A DNA stretch of 46,240 bases. Origin: Cytophagales bacterium. GTDB taxonomy: Bacteria > Bacteroidota > Bacteroidia > Cytophagales > UBA9547. Positions 32,057 through 42,208 of the stretch are shown here, piece after piece. The position numbers and the translations under genes are program-made. The DNA lies in contig REAG01000119.1 in NCBI GenBank assembly GCA_004294265.1, positions 1 to 46,240 on the forward strand. Direction: 5' to 3'. The stretch's first letter is position 1. Each line of letters opens with the position of its first letter. The notes below the pieces were generated by a model. It ran no database searches and had not been told where the DNA came from. It worked only from the letters and a program-made list of their open reading frames with translations.

Positions 32057-32149
32057 TTAAAAACTTTTATTATTTAATGTTAGCAATGGAGCTTGCTTAA
32101 TTCTATTTATTACGAAATCTAAGTCTCGGATGTAAATGGTATTATAATT
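32057..32149 (-). pseudogene. Possible 3' remnant of an FkbM-like gene
   Basis: Startless frame ...NTIYIRDLDFVINRIKQAPLLTLNNKSF* resembles C-termini I recall from some FkbM proteins; unverified. Confidence 0.3.
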
Positions 32150-32150
32150 T

Positions 32151-32957
32151 TTAATTTTTTGCTCGACAAAAAATCATGTGTGGGATAAAACCCATTTCAT
32201 TTAATTCTATTTGATTTTTATACCACCGTTTTGGAATTGGAAAATCACCTACATAAGCAGCTTCATAATTATATTTCTCTAAAAATAATCCTGACGATAA
32301 AAAAGCCTCTTGACCATGTAATTCGAGCAATAATATAGGTTTTTTATTTTTAAAAAGTTTATCTCCATTTTGCAAAGCAAACACCTCTGCTGATTCCAAG
32401 TCGAATTTTATAAAATCAGGTTCTTTTGCAATTTTTAAAGTAATTATTTCATCAACCCCTTTACAATCAACCTCAATAACTTCAACTTCTGAGTCATATT
32501 TTTTACTAAAATCAAGTGGACCATTAGAACCACCCAAATTATTTACAAACTTAATTTTTGAATTTTCAGTTCCTATTGCAAGATTAATTATATTTACATT
32601 ATGCCAATTGTTTAATTGAGGCAATACCTTAACTGTATTATAATTTTTGATAGATGCCTCAAAAGTAAATATTTCGCCAGTTTCGCCTAAGCATTTTCTA
32701 AAAACCGATGTATAATAACCAATATACGCACCACCGTCCCACACTACCATTCCTGGTTTAATATATTTTGAAAAGTCAATCCTTTCAAAAATCCACTTAT
32801 CATAAGTCCCCAAAAAATATGAACCTTCAATTTTTAAATTAATTCTTAGTTTTGTACCTTTAGCCTGACCTGTTAATACATATAAATCAGAATACCCTTT
32901 TTTACTAGAAAGAATTTTAAATAAAATATTTTTTACTAGTTCTTTGATTTTTTTCAT
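32151..32957 (-). CDS. FkbM family SAM-dependent methyltransferase
   Basis: VWDGGAYIGYY, TFEAS, PDFIKFDLESAE motifs. Confidence 0.85.
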   Translation of the reverse strand: MKKIKELVKNILFKILSSKKGYSDLYVLTGQAKGTKLRINLKIEGSYFLGTYDKWIFERIDFSKYIKPGMVVWDGGAYIGYYTSVFRKCLGETGEIFTFEASIKNYNTVKVLPQLNNWHNVNIINLAIGTENSKIKFVNNLGGSNGPLDFSKKYDSEVEVIEVDCKGVDEIITLKIAKEPDFIKFDLESAEVFALQNGDKLFKNKKPILLLELHGQEAFLSSGLFLEKYNYEAAYVGDFPIPKRWYKNQIELNEMGFIPHMIFCRAKN

Positions 32958-32968
32958 GTTTGTGATAA

Positions 32969-34489
32969 TTAGATGTTTTTTTTAAAATAATTTACTAATC
33001 TACAACCAAATGCTAAAGCGGTTAAGGTTGGGTTTGAATGAGAACTTGTAGGGAAAACTGCTGTACTACAAACAAAAATATTATCAAAATCCCATAATTT
33101 AAGATTTGTATCAACTACACTATTTTCTGAGTGATTACCTAATTTAGCTCCACCAATATGATGATTCACCCCTGATAACAAATCGTTTATATGGTTCTCG
33201 CCTTCAATTTTTGAATGAATATTAACAATTCCTAAATTATTTTTTTTAAAATAATCTTGGATTGCTTTACACACGATAAATAAGGTTTTTTTACTTTGAG
33301 TTGAAATATCCCAGTGAATTAAAGCTTTACGTAGTGAATATTCGTCTAGTTCATTGGATAGAGAAATATAACTATTTTCGGACGCTTCTTGTTCCATCAT
33401 CAAAGTTAGCATGGCTTTAGCCTCTGGTTTATATAAAAATCCATGTCTAACTAAACTCAAGATGGTTTTACTAATAAATCTTAAGTTCAATAAAATGGAA
33501 GTTAATTTATTAAATTTAAAAGTTTTGAAAATTGATTTTATCTCAAGATAAGGATTAAATAGTTTGGAATTATATTTGAAAAGTAAACTAACAGAAGCAT
33601 TTAAAATTTCTTCTTTTTTTTGAAAATTTTCTGATAAACTTAATCTTAGTGAGTATTTACGGAAATTGAAAATATGGGTATTGAAAATTCGTTGAATATT
33701 ATATTTGTTTGTGGGTTCTAATTCTCCAAATTCAATACAGGGATGCTCCATAAAACATTTTCCAAGCCATTTGGATTTCGAAAGTTTAGAAAGTAGAAGT
33801 AATCGAACTGTTTCTATGCCTCCACAAGCTAAAATAAGTTTAACTAATGGCAATTCAAATTCTTGCTTTTTATCGTTTGATATTTTTATAGAAATAGCCT
33901 TTTTTTCGTAGTGAAAAATTGACAAAACATGTGCATTATAATAAACATCTACTTTTTTATCCAAATAGTTTTTGTATAATTTATAAAAATTAGGCTGTTT
34001 TGCCCATTTGGACACATGATAATCAAAGTCTTCACTTTTGTATTTATATTTTAACAAACCCAATTTTGAAAGCATATTATCATGATATCCCCAATTATCT
34101 ATCTTCATGAATTCATTTGCTTCATCATAATATTTTTCAATATCTTGATAATTAATATCCCATCCGCTATTTTCTAGCCAAGGTCTTGCTTGGAAATCAA
34201 AATCACTAAAAGGCAAAGATTGACCACCCCAAGCAATAGTAGTTCCACCAACGGCACGTTTTCTGCCCCAAACTGCCGTTTCTAAAATCTTATTTGTATG
34301 GACAACTTCATTCAGTTTTTGCTTTTTATCATTTTCATAAAAATTCCCACTTTCTAAAACGCATACACGATGACCTTCTTTGGAAAGTTTTACAGCTAAT
34401 AAAATCCCCATTGCTCCTGCTCCAATAATCGTAAAATCATAATCTGATTGAGGAAATTCTAATATGTTATTACAATTTATAAATGGCAT
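32969..34489 (-). CDS. GMC family FAD-dependent oxidoreductase
   Basis: IIGAGAMG, VGGTTIAWGG, LACGGIETVRLLL, FMEHP, HHIGG, VFPTSSHSNPTLT motifs. Confidence 0.9.
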   Translation of the reverse strand: MPFINCNNILEFPQSDYDFTIIGAGAMGILLAVKLSKEGHRVCVLESGNFYENDKKQKLNEVVHTNKILETAVWGRKRAVGGTTIAWGGQSLPFSDFDFQARPWLENSGWDINYQDIEKYYDEANEFMKIDNWGYHDNMLSKLGLLKYKYKSEDFDYHVSKWAKQPNFYKLYKNYLDKKVDVYYNAHVLSIFHYEKKAISIKISNDKKQEFELPLVKLILACGGIETVRLLLLSKLSKSKWLGKCFMEHPCIEFGELEPTNKYNIQRIFNTHIFNFRKYSLRLSLSENFQKKEEILNASVSLLFKYNSKLFNPYLEIKSIFKTFKFNKLTSILLNLRFISKTILSLVRHGFLYKPEAKAMLTLMMEQEASENSYISLSNELDEYSLRKALIHWDISTQSKKTLFIVCKAIQDYFKKNNLGIVNIHSKIEGENHINDLLSGVNHHIGGAKLGNHSENSVVDTNLKLWDFDNIFVCSTAVFPTSSHSNPTLTALAFGCRLVNYFKKNI

Positions 34490-34495
34490 TTTTGA

Positions 34496-35335
34496 CTATT
34501 TACAATAAAAATTAGACGCAAATTTTAGGTTATTAACTATATTAATACTATTAGTAGAAGAAAACAAGATTTTTGATTCTGGGAATTTCATTAAATGATT
34601 TGCAATTAAATAACCGCCTTTTTGGTTTTCAGCTATTGTGGGGAAAGTGTTTTTATTGAAATCTTTAAATATGCTATGATGTATATGTAATTTGGTTGGA
34701 TTAGATGAATATATACTGTCTGAATTTATTTGAAGGCTGTTTTCATATTGTAAAATGTCCCATTTTACTATTTCTTCTTTAGGAATTGATACTAAATTTT
34801 GATGACAAACCCCCATACCTAGTTTTTTAATTAGACCTTTTGCTTTCATATCAAATAAAAAATGATTAGCTTCTTCTGTTAAAAAATGAGGAGTTGCTTC
34901 ATGTAATAAATAATTGTCTATATAATCCGTTTGCAATCTTTTTAATGAATTATTAAAATCAAATTCTACTTGATTTTTAGAAATAGAGCGATAATTAACC
35001 TTTTTAAACTCTTGTAATTTATTTACAGAAGCATTACCTTTAGTTTTAATTTTCTTTTTTAAATAATTAAGAGGTAATGCCAATAAAGATGGCAAACTTG
35101 GCGAGTTTATTTCACCCAAACCAAATTTGGTAGTAATAGTAATATCTTCTCTCTTTTTATTTTTTAAAAACTTTCCAAGTATTATTTCAGAATACCCTTT
35201 TCCATAAATAGGTGCAGTATCAAAAAAAGCAATCCCATTTTCATAAACATTATTTAATACACTTAAAGCACTGTTTAAGCTGGGCATAATAGTTAAAGCA
35301 ACACATCCAAAACCAATTCTGTTTTCAATACTCAT
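34496..35335 (-). CDS. Aldo/keto reductase
   Basis: IGFGC, FDTAPIYGKGYSE, ITTKFG, SLKRLQTDYID..LLHE motifs. Confidence 0.9.
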   Translation of the reverse strand: MSIENRIGFGCVALTIMPSLNSALSVLNNVYENGIAFFDTAPIYGKGYSEIILGKFLKNKKREDITITTKFGLGEINSPSLPSLLALPLNYLKKKIKTKGNASVNKLQEFKKVNYRSISKNQVEFDFNNSLKRLQTDYIDNYLLHEATPHFLTEEANHFLFDMKAKGLIKKLGMGVCHQNLVSIPKEEIVKWDILQYENSLQINSDSIYSSNPTKLHIHHSIFKDFNKNTFPTIAENQKGGYLIANHLMKFPESKILFSSTNSINIVNNLKFASNFYCK

Positions 35336-35337
35336 TA

Positions 35338-35560
35338 TTATAAAGTTTTATTGATTATTTCTATTAACTTCTTACTTTCCAATTCCCAATTGTATTTTTC
35401 TTGTGCCAATCTCAAAGATTCTCTTTTACATGTATTTATAGAATCTTTATTGTTATAAAAATCATTTATTATTTCAACTAGTTTTTCAATATCTCCAATT
35501 GGAAATGACATATCTATGGAAGGATTTCCGATAAAAGTAGTTTTTATTCTGCTTTTTAAA
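35338..35560 (-). pseudogene. 3' remnant of a GT4 glycosyltransferase
   Basis: Frame with no credible gene start reading ...NPSIDMSFPIGDIEKLVEII...RESLRLAQEKYNWELESKKLIEIINKTL*, a typical GT-B C-terminus; the stop sits 2 nt before the next ATG; upstream limit approximate. Confidence 0.65.
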
Positions 35561-35571
35561 ATAGCTTATAG

Positions 35572-36684
35572 TTAAGACTTATAATTATCAAATAGTTCTA
35601 ATTCAACTTTTTTACTTAATGAAGTCATGTCTATGCTATTTAATGCAGCCTTGTGAGAAATATCAATTAATTCTGAATTAGATTTTTCATTACTACAATA
35701 TTTGATAATTAATTCTATAATCTCCTGTGGATTGTTTGAACTTATTAAACTCGTATCATTTAAAAATTCATAGCCTCTTAATCCTATTTTGGTGCTGATT
35801 ACGGGCAATCCAAAGGATAATGCGAAACCGAGTTTTGTGCTAACGCCTCTAGAATAGTAAAATAATAAGTTCAAAAAAGCAGACCAAGTTTTTACTTCAT
35901 TTATTACCTCATTGTCGGATAGATAGCCTTTGTAGTTTACAAAACTATATTTCGATGAAAAATATTGACCTTTAATAACTGGTTTGCCTATAAGACAAAA
36001 TTCTATGTTCGTATTTTTACTTGCTTCAATTGACTCACAAATTTTTTCTATGGCATCTTTGTTGGGCAAATGACTTAAATCCCCAATAAAACCTACCTTA
36101 TTTAATGATGGATTTGTATCAATAAAATTAGCTTCTATGGTTCGTGGTATATAAATAACTTTTTTTGCATTTATCCATTTTTCAATTTCTGCTTCTATTG
36201 GAGATACTGTAAAAACAAAATCTAAAAAGTTTTTTCTAGATTGTGATTCTTTTAACAAAATCGATCCCAATTTATATGCATGTAAAATATTACTAAAATT
36301 ATTTCTACTAATTTCATGAAGATAGTCTCCCGATTCATTGCCATGTGAGAGTAGTATGATTTTAAGAGTAGGAAACAATATCTTTAATCTTTGAGCTATT
36401 GGAATAAGATTGCTCATATTTAATGCGATCCAATCAATTTTATTTGAATTGATTTTTTGTATTATTTCATCAATATTACTATTATCATAGTGCAAATAGG
36501 CATCAATACCTAGTTTGATTTTTATTCTAGATAATAATGAAATTTCATTTTTTATTCCGATTACTTCTACGTTGAAAATTAAACATAAAAGTTTTAAATA
36601 ATCACTGGTACATAGTTTTACTCCACCGCTGAAATTAGAGTCTTCTAAAAAAAGTTTATCCGAAATAAATAATAAATTTTTCAA
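35572..36684 (-). CDS. Glycosyltransferase (GT4-like)
   Basis: TTG start; VGFIGDLSHLPN, GVSTKL, FGLPVIST..GLRG motifs. Confidence 0.8.
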   Translation of the reverse strand: MKNLLFISDKLFLEDSNFSGGVKLCTSDYLKLLCLIFNVEVIGIKNEISLLSRIKIKLGIDAYLHYDNSNIDEIIQKINSNKIDWIALNMSNLIPIAQRLKILFPTLKIILLSHGNESGDYLHEISRNNFSNILHAYKLGSILLKESQSRKNFLDFVFTVSPIEAEIEKWINAKKVIYIPRTIEANFIDTNPSLNKVGFIGDLSHLPNKDAIEKICESIEASKNTNIEFCLIGKPVIKGQYFSSKYSFVNYKGYLSDNEVINEVKTWSAFLNLLFYYSRGVSTKLGFALSFGLPVISTKIGLRGYEFLNDTSLISSNNPQEIIELIIKYCSNEKSNSELIDISHKAALNSIDMTSLSKKVELELFDNYKS

Positions 36685-36687
36685 TGA

Positions 36688-37215
36688 TTAAATAGTTAAG
36701 AATTGACGTGCAACAAAATCTATATTGAATTTATCACATACTATTTTTGTACAATTAGCTCGGTTTATTGATTTAATTAGAGAAATCAAATCTAAATTTC
36801 GCAAGGTAAATTTAGCCGCTTTTACAGCTATTGGACAAACGGAAAGGTTGTAGGTAATATATAAATCGACTTTGATATATTTTGTTTTATTTAGCATTTC
36901 CAAATATGCTCTACCTTTTGTAATTTCAATAACATTAAAGTCAAATACTTGCCATTTTGCTAAAATTGGAAAAAGTTTATATCTAATTCTAGTATAAAAA
37001 AACAACACTTTATTTTTGAATGGAGTCCCGCCTACTAAAATTGCTTTCCAATTGACTTTCTTAAAAAGAACAAAATCAGAATCGTAAGCCCATTTAATCC
37101 AAAAAGAATATATCACAAATACCTCATATCCTGAATTTGATAGTAAATCGGCTTCTTTTACTAATCTAGGATTAATAGAAGGTTGCCCAGAAGAAATGAG
37201 AACTATGGTTTTCAA
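36688..37215 (-). pseudogene. Internally deleted or chimeric glycosyltransferase (175 aa)
   Basis: GT4-type N-terminus (ISSGQPSINPRLVKEAD) joined near 36800 to a GT C-terminal helix; no nucleotide-sugar-binding domain. Confidence 0.65.
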
Positions 37216-37216
37216 A

Positions 37217-38230
37217 TTATTCTTTCAAATATTCATTTGTAGTTATTTCTAGACTAAATCTATTTTCAGCTGAAGTTCTACAATGGACTCTATTTATTTT
37301 GTTTATTTCAGATAAGACAGAAATTTCAAAGTTATTTTTATCAATAATTAAACCATTTACGCCATCTTCTACTACTTCTTTCACTGCACCTCTAGGAAAA
37401 CCCACAATTGGTGTTCCGCAAGCCAGTGCCTCAGCCATCACAATTCCGAAAGGTTCATCCCAATCTATCAACATAAGTAAAGCAACCGACTTTCCTAGTA
37501 ATTCATTTTTTTGACTATCATTAACCGAACCTATATAAATTATTTGATTGTTATCAATATAGGGTTTAATTTCAGTTTCAAAATACATTTTTTCATGCTC
37601 CAAATGACTGATATTTCCTGCAATAATTAATTTTCGATTTGTTTTTTTTGCAAAATTGATAGCATGATGACAGCCTTTGATTCTATCTAGTCTGCCCAAA
37701 AACACAAATGGGGCATCTTCTTCAACGTTTTCTACAAAAGTATATTGATTGATATCTACAAAATTATACACCGTATGCCAATTACCAACCAATCCTTCTT
37801 TTTTTGAGATATAATCACTGCAACCCGTAAAATACAAATTGCGATGGGGCAATTTATGAATCAATTGAATGTTTTTGACTGTAACCTCTCGTTGGTAACT
37901 CATATTTTTTTTTACTGATTTATTCAATATTGGAATTAAATAAACCAACCGTCCAAAAGAATGGACAACGTCATATTTACTATGATTTCTAACTAAAAAC
38001 CACCAAACAAATAGAATTTCTTTAGCTACTTGCCATTTAGATTTATTCAAATCATTCTTTCCAAACGTAATCGTTTTAGCATTGCAATAAGAATCAGGTC
38101 CAGCCAATAGTGTAACCTCATGATCTAAACGAGCATACTCATTTGCCAATTGATATACAATGCGTTCTATACCTCCATAATTTTGTGGAGGGACAGGAAT
38201 ACCAGGATCGTTGATGAGAAGGATTTTCAA
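37217..38230 (-). CDS. Glycosyltransferase family 4
   Basis: TTG start; PVPPQNYGGIER, FLGRL, WDEPFGIVMAEALACGTP motifs. Confidence 0.93.
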   Translation of the reverse strand: MKILLINDPGIPVPPQNYGGIERIVYQLANEYARLDHEVTLLAGPDSYCNAKTITFGKNDLNKSKWQVAKEILFVWWFLVRNHSKYDVVHSFGRLVYLIPILNKSVKKNMSYQREVTVKNIQLIHKLPHRNLYFTGCSDYISKKEGLVGNWHTVYNFVDINQYTFVENVEEDAPFVFLGRLDRIKGCHHAINFAKKTNRKLIIAGNISHLEHEKMYFETEIKPYIDNNQIIYIGSVNDSQKNELLGKSVALLMLIDWDEPFGIVMAEALACGTPIVGFPRGAVKEVVEDGVNGLIIDKNNFEISVLSEINKINRVHCRTSAENRFSLEITTNEYLKE

Positions 38231-38425
38231 TATTTTAATTTAAATATTATAATGTCTTTTGAATACATATAATTGAGATTTTCAATTTCTAAATTTAATT
38301 TTTGGTTACATTTTTTTTGTTTTATTTATGAATATTTAATATTGAAACTAAACAATTAATTGAAAATTATTATAATTTAATATTCGATTAGCTTTTTATA
38401 ACTTTCAAAATAATATAGACTCAAG

Positions 38426-39709
38426 CTACAAATGATTTTTAAGTTCTTTTTTGTGCCTATTAACTACAAATGAAGTGAAAAAAAACCAAGGTAAAATAAC
38501 AGGCATAAAATGACGCTGATAAGCAAATCCGATAATATGAAAACCCGAAAACGAAAGCAATGTAAATATCATAAATAGGGTAGCGAGCTTAAAATCTTTG
38601 TCAATTTTTAATCTAAAGAAATATAAATAGAAGCAATAGAAAATGGAAATTACAAATAGAAGCCTCAATATTAATAAAAATATGGAGTTTATGATTTCTA
38701 TCTTTTTACTATAAGCTACTTCGCCAAGTGGCCTGCCTGTATCCGAAAAATCTAAGAAAAAAACATAAGATTTAACTAAGGTCATCTTCACAAATTCTAA
38801 AGGATTATTTACAATATATTTTTTTGCACGTTCGGAAAGCTGATTTGAATATTGCCACTCATCTTTTACGGTGCTATCTACTGTTACTAAACCTAAATAA
38901 TCTAAATTATCTAAGTGGTATTGAGGATAGTAATTAAGCGTATGTTCATTGTTTCCTTTATAAAGATTCCATCCCTCCCAACTGGATTTTATAGTAAATC
39001 GACCAGATACTTGTTGGGTGAAAAATGCTATACCTAATACTGATGAAATAAGTATTAAAAGCATAATAACGCTGTGTTTGATGTTGCGAAATTTGATGTA
39101 CCAAAAGATAGCAAATACAAAAGGGAAATAAAGCATTGAGTGTTTAATCCACATGGTCATACAAAGCAATATAGTAATCGCAATAATTTTTAATGTAGAA
39201 AATGAGTAATCGCTAAATAAAAAACTCGCATACAAAAAAGCCATCAAAGGAATAAGATAGGGTTCTTCCATGCCAATTTCAACATAATTAAGTGCCCATC
39301 TAGGGGTAATAAGAATGAAAACAAAGATTATTGGAAACCAAACGGAATTTGTTTTCTTAAGTACTATTTTAAGAGATAGCCATATCAACAAAGAAGAAAG
39401 AATAATTTTTACTAGCGCAGCCCAAAACATAGGAATACCAATGTAATGGAATAAGTATAAGAAATAAGTGATGAGCGGGAGTCTATGAGCTGTAAAGCAA
39501 ATTTCAGGTGCATGTACACCACAAACTTGATATTGTCCATTTTCTGATAAAGAATTAATTAATACACCATATCCAAAACTTAGTGTATTTGTGCTTGTAA
39601 ATAAAGCATTTTGCCAAATTGACCATGAAAATAACAAAATGATTGAAAATGTAAAAAAAATCTTTTTTAAATGGTTTCTTACAAATTTCAAAATACTTTC
39701 TATTAACAT
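38426..39709 (-). CDS. Multi-pass membrane protein, possibly a GT-C/ArnT-like glycosyltransferase
   Basis: Many TM segments; TAHRLP, GMEE, GWNLYKGNN, QRHFMPV motifs. Confidence 0.55.
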   Translation of the reverse strand: MLIESILKFVRNHLKKIFFTFSIILLFSWSIWQNALFTSTNTLSFGYGVLINSLSENGQYQVCGVHAPEICFTAHRLPLITYFLYLFHYIGIPMFWAALVKIILSSLLIWLSLKIVLKKTNSVWFPIIFVFILITPRWALNYVEIGMEEPYLIPLMAFLYASFLFSDYSFSTLKIIAITILLCMTMWIKHSMLYFPFVFAIFWYIKFRNIKHSVIMLLILISSVLGIAFFTQQVSGRFTIKSSWEGWNLYKGNNEHTLNYYPQYHLDNLDYLGLVTVDSTVKDEWQYSNQLSERAKKYIVNNPLEFVKMTLVKSYVFFLDFSDTGRPLGEVAYSKKIEIINSIFLLILRLLFVISIFYCFYLYFFRLKIDKDFKLATLFMIFTLLSFSGFHIIGFAYQRHFMPVILPWFFFTSFVVNRHKKELKNHL

Positions 39710-39725
39710 AATGATTATTTAATTA

Positions 39726-40646
39726 TTATAAATTTTCTTCTAACATGGGCATCAAATATTTGACGAGCATTTTTTGGCCTTTTGCGTTAATGTGAATACC
39801 ATCTCTATAGCAATTGGTTGTAAATTTGCAATCTAATTCAAGCAAAATTGGTATATTTTTAGAGCGGGCAAATTGAATAATTTCTTGACCTTGTTGGTTG
39901 TAGTTGCCAACTTCTAATTCACTTTTTTCTGCATGTAAACAAATATAAAATGGCAAATTATTATCTTTTGAATATTGAAATAGCAAATTAAATCCTGTAT
40001 TAAATTTACTTTCATTCTCTTTTTTGTTAATACCCAATTCGTTTATCTTTTGATTTGTTACAGGTGCTGGAAAATAGTTTTTAATTCTTGGCATTAGATA
40101 TCTATCAAATAGCTCTACTATAGCTGAAGAGTATTGGATACTAGGAAAACTTTCATGCACATCAATTATTTTGTCAAAATTCATATTATCATAAGCATCG
40201 TGTGAGCTTACAAATAAAACAATTGCCTTTGCATTAAAATGACCATACTTTTTAATGTAGGCATAACAATTATCTGGTCCCCAACTACCCGCTGAAATAT
40301 TCAAAAATTGCACCTTTTTATTACTATTTTCAGAAAGTTTTTTTGATATGATTGTTGTAGCAAGTGAATCATGATCTGTTTGTGCTCCGCCATTGATAAT
40401 TGAATCTCCAAGACCCAAAAAAACTATAGATGTAGTATCTACGGTTTCACTTCTCATTGAAAATTCATTGTAATTTACATGATTTCTAAATCGGTATCTA
40501 TTTTGCATAGGTTGGGCTATATATTCAAAATCTGGATCTTCACGCATCAATATGGAATCGCAAAAACCCCAATATATTCTAAGATACAACTCTAATACGA
40601 ATAAAAAAAGAAGAAATAATGAGATTATTACAGTGTATTTTTTCAT
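39726..40646 (-). CDS. Membrane-anchored SGNH/GDSL hydrolase-like protein
   Basis: N-terminal TM segment; LGLGDS, NISAGSWG, DGIH catalytic motifs. Confidence 0.75.
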   Translation of the reverse strand: MKKYTVIISLFLLFLFVLELYLRIYWGFCDSILMREDPDFEYIAQPMQNRYRFRNHVNYNEFSMRSETVDTTSIVFLGLGDSIINGGAQTDHDSLATTIISKKLSENSNKKVQFLNISAGSWGPDNCYAYIKKYGHFNAKAIVLFVSSHDAYDNMNFDKIIDVHESFPSIQYSSAIVELFDRYLMPRIKNYFPAPVTNQKINELGINKKENESKFNTGFNLLFQYSKDNNLPFYICLHAEKSELEVGNYNQQGQEIIQFARSKNIPILLELDCKFTTNCYRDGIHINAKGQKMLVKYLMPMLEENL

Positions 40647-40817
40647 TTTTGAATTTTAAAATTATGTGAAATGATTTTTTTGTTAGTGCTCAATATGTTG
40701 TCTATTTTTTTGATATAACCCCAAAAAGCCAATTTTTGGGTTATGTTTTTTTGATATAGTCAATTTTGGGTTACGTTTTTTTTGTTTTATTTATGAATAT
40801 TAAAGTCAATATCATTT

Positions 40818-42158
40818 TTAGATATTGGCGTCTATGTATCTACTTAATTTTGAAACCAAATAAAAGGGAATATTTAAGAGTTTATATTCTTTACCAGCAA
40901 TAGTTTTGTGGGTTTCAATTTTAAGTTTGTTTGAGCTAACTCTTACGCCAATGTTGTGCGGAGCTTCATCAATAAAACTATGCAAAGACCTTAATCTGCC
41001 CGAAGCACCTAATTTCACTTCCACCGGAATTATAAATCCTTCATGCTCAAACAAATAATCTACTTCCGCATTTGAATCTTTGTTTTCTCGGGTCCAAAAT
41101 TTCAATTCGTCATAAGGCGAAAAACTGGGTGTTAATAATTCTTGCCCCACTATATGTTCGGCAACTTTGCCTTGATGCACCAACTCTATGGCTGTCGAGC
41201 GGATTAATTCTTTTTGAATACCCGCCATTTTATTAAATAAACCCGTATCTAAAAATTGCAATTTTGGCGATTTTTTAAAATCTGTTTGCAAAGGAAATTT
41301 GGTACTAAAGCAAGGATAAATAAGTTTTACTAACAATGCTTTTTCGAGTGTTCGCAGGGCTTCTCCTACTTCTCGGCTTCCATAATTTGAATTTCCAAAG
41401 TTTTGGAATTTTATTCTATTGCCCGTTTCAGTACCTATTGTTTTTAATATTTGTCTTAGAATTTGAACTTGAGCTGTATTTTTAGCATATTTTTCAAAAT
41501 CGTTTTGGTAAGAAATCAAAAGCGATTCGTATATTTTTTTAAGTATAGAAAGATTTTTGTGTGTGGCATACGATTGAACAACTTCGGGCATTCCGCCAAT
41601 GAGCGTGTAAGTATTGAATAGCGACATAAGTTTGTCGTGCGCATAGTCAGGAATTTCGTAATTTTTAAGAATTTCAAGCGATTGAGTTTCTCCTGTGGCA
41701 CCCAAAAATTCATCAAAAGAAACAGGACGAAGAATCATATATTCGACCCGACCTACAGGAACATTTGTGTTTTCGCTTAAAACAATTTCTAATAATGAAC
41801 CAGCCGCAACTACATGTATTTCCGGAAAATCTTCATAAAAATAGCGTAGCAAATTAATAGCATCCGGAACTTCTTGAATTTCATCTATGAAAATAAGCGT
41901 ATTTTGTCTTTTTTCAAAATTAGCTCCATGTAAATAGAAAATTCCTGTAACTAATGCTTGAATAGAAGAATGTTGATGAAATAAATCAGCATCTGCGGGT
42001 CTTTCTAAATTAAGGCTTATAAATTGAGCATAATTGTTGGAAAAATGATTGATAATGGTTGTTTTTCCTACTTGTCTTGCACCTCTTAAAATAAGTGGTT
42101 TTCGGTTGCTTCTGTTTTTCCAGTTTAAAAGTTCAGAATCAATATTGCGGTAATACAT
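40818..42158 (-). CDS. AAA+ ATPase with C-terminal DUF4143 domain (AAA_14/DUF4143 family)
   Basis: Walker A GARQVGKT, Walker B IFIDEIQ, AAGSLL, PVGRV, GGMPE, KLQFLDTGL; C-terminal EVDYL..IIPVEVK nuclease-like motif. Confidence 0.92.
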   Translation of the reverse strand: MYYRNIDSELLNWKNRSNRKPLILRGARQVGKTTIINHFSNNYAQFISLNLERPADADLFHQHSSIQALVTGIFYLHGANFEKRQNTLIFIDEIQEVPDAINLLRYFYEDFPEIHVVAAGSLLEIVLSENTNVPVGRVEYMILRPVSFDEFLGATGETQSLEILKNYEIPDYAHDKLMSLFNTYTLIGGMPEVVQSYATHKNLSILKKIYESLLISYQNDFEKYAKNTAQVQILRQILKTIGTETGNRIKFQNFGNSNYGSREVGEALRTLEKALLVKLIYPCFSTKFPLQTDFKKSPKLQFLDTGLFNKMAGIQKELIRSTAIELVHQGKVAEHIVGQELLTPSFSPYDELKFWTRENKDSNAEVDYLFEHEGFIIPVEVKLGASGRLRSLHSFIDEAPHNIGVRVSSNKLKIETHKTIAGKEYKLLNIPFYLVSKLSRYIDANI

Positions 42159-42194
42159 GGTTTTTATTGTGCCGTTATTTTCGTTTTAGATTTG

Positions 42195-42202
42195 CAAATA
42201 TA
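42195..42202 (-). promoter_or_regulatory. -7 promoter box of the ATPase gene
   Basis: TATATTTG(CA) on the minus strand 36 nt before the ATG; the expected -33 position falls in the first repeat of the array. Confidence 0.6.
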
Positions 42203-42208
42203 AACTAA

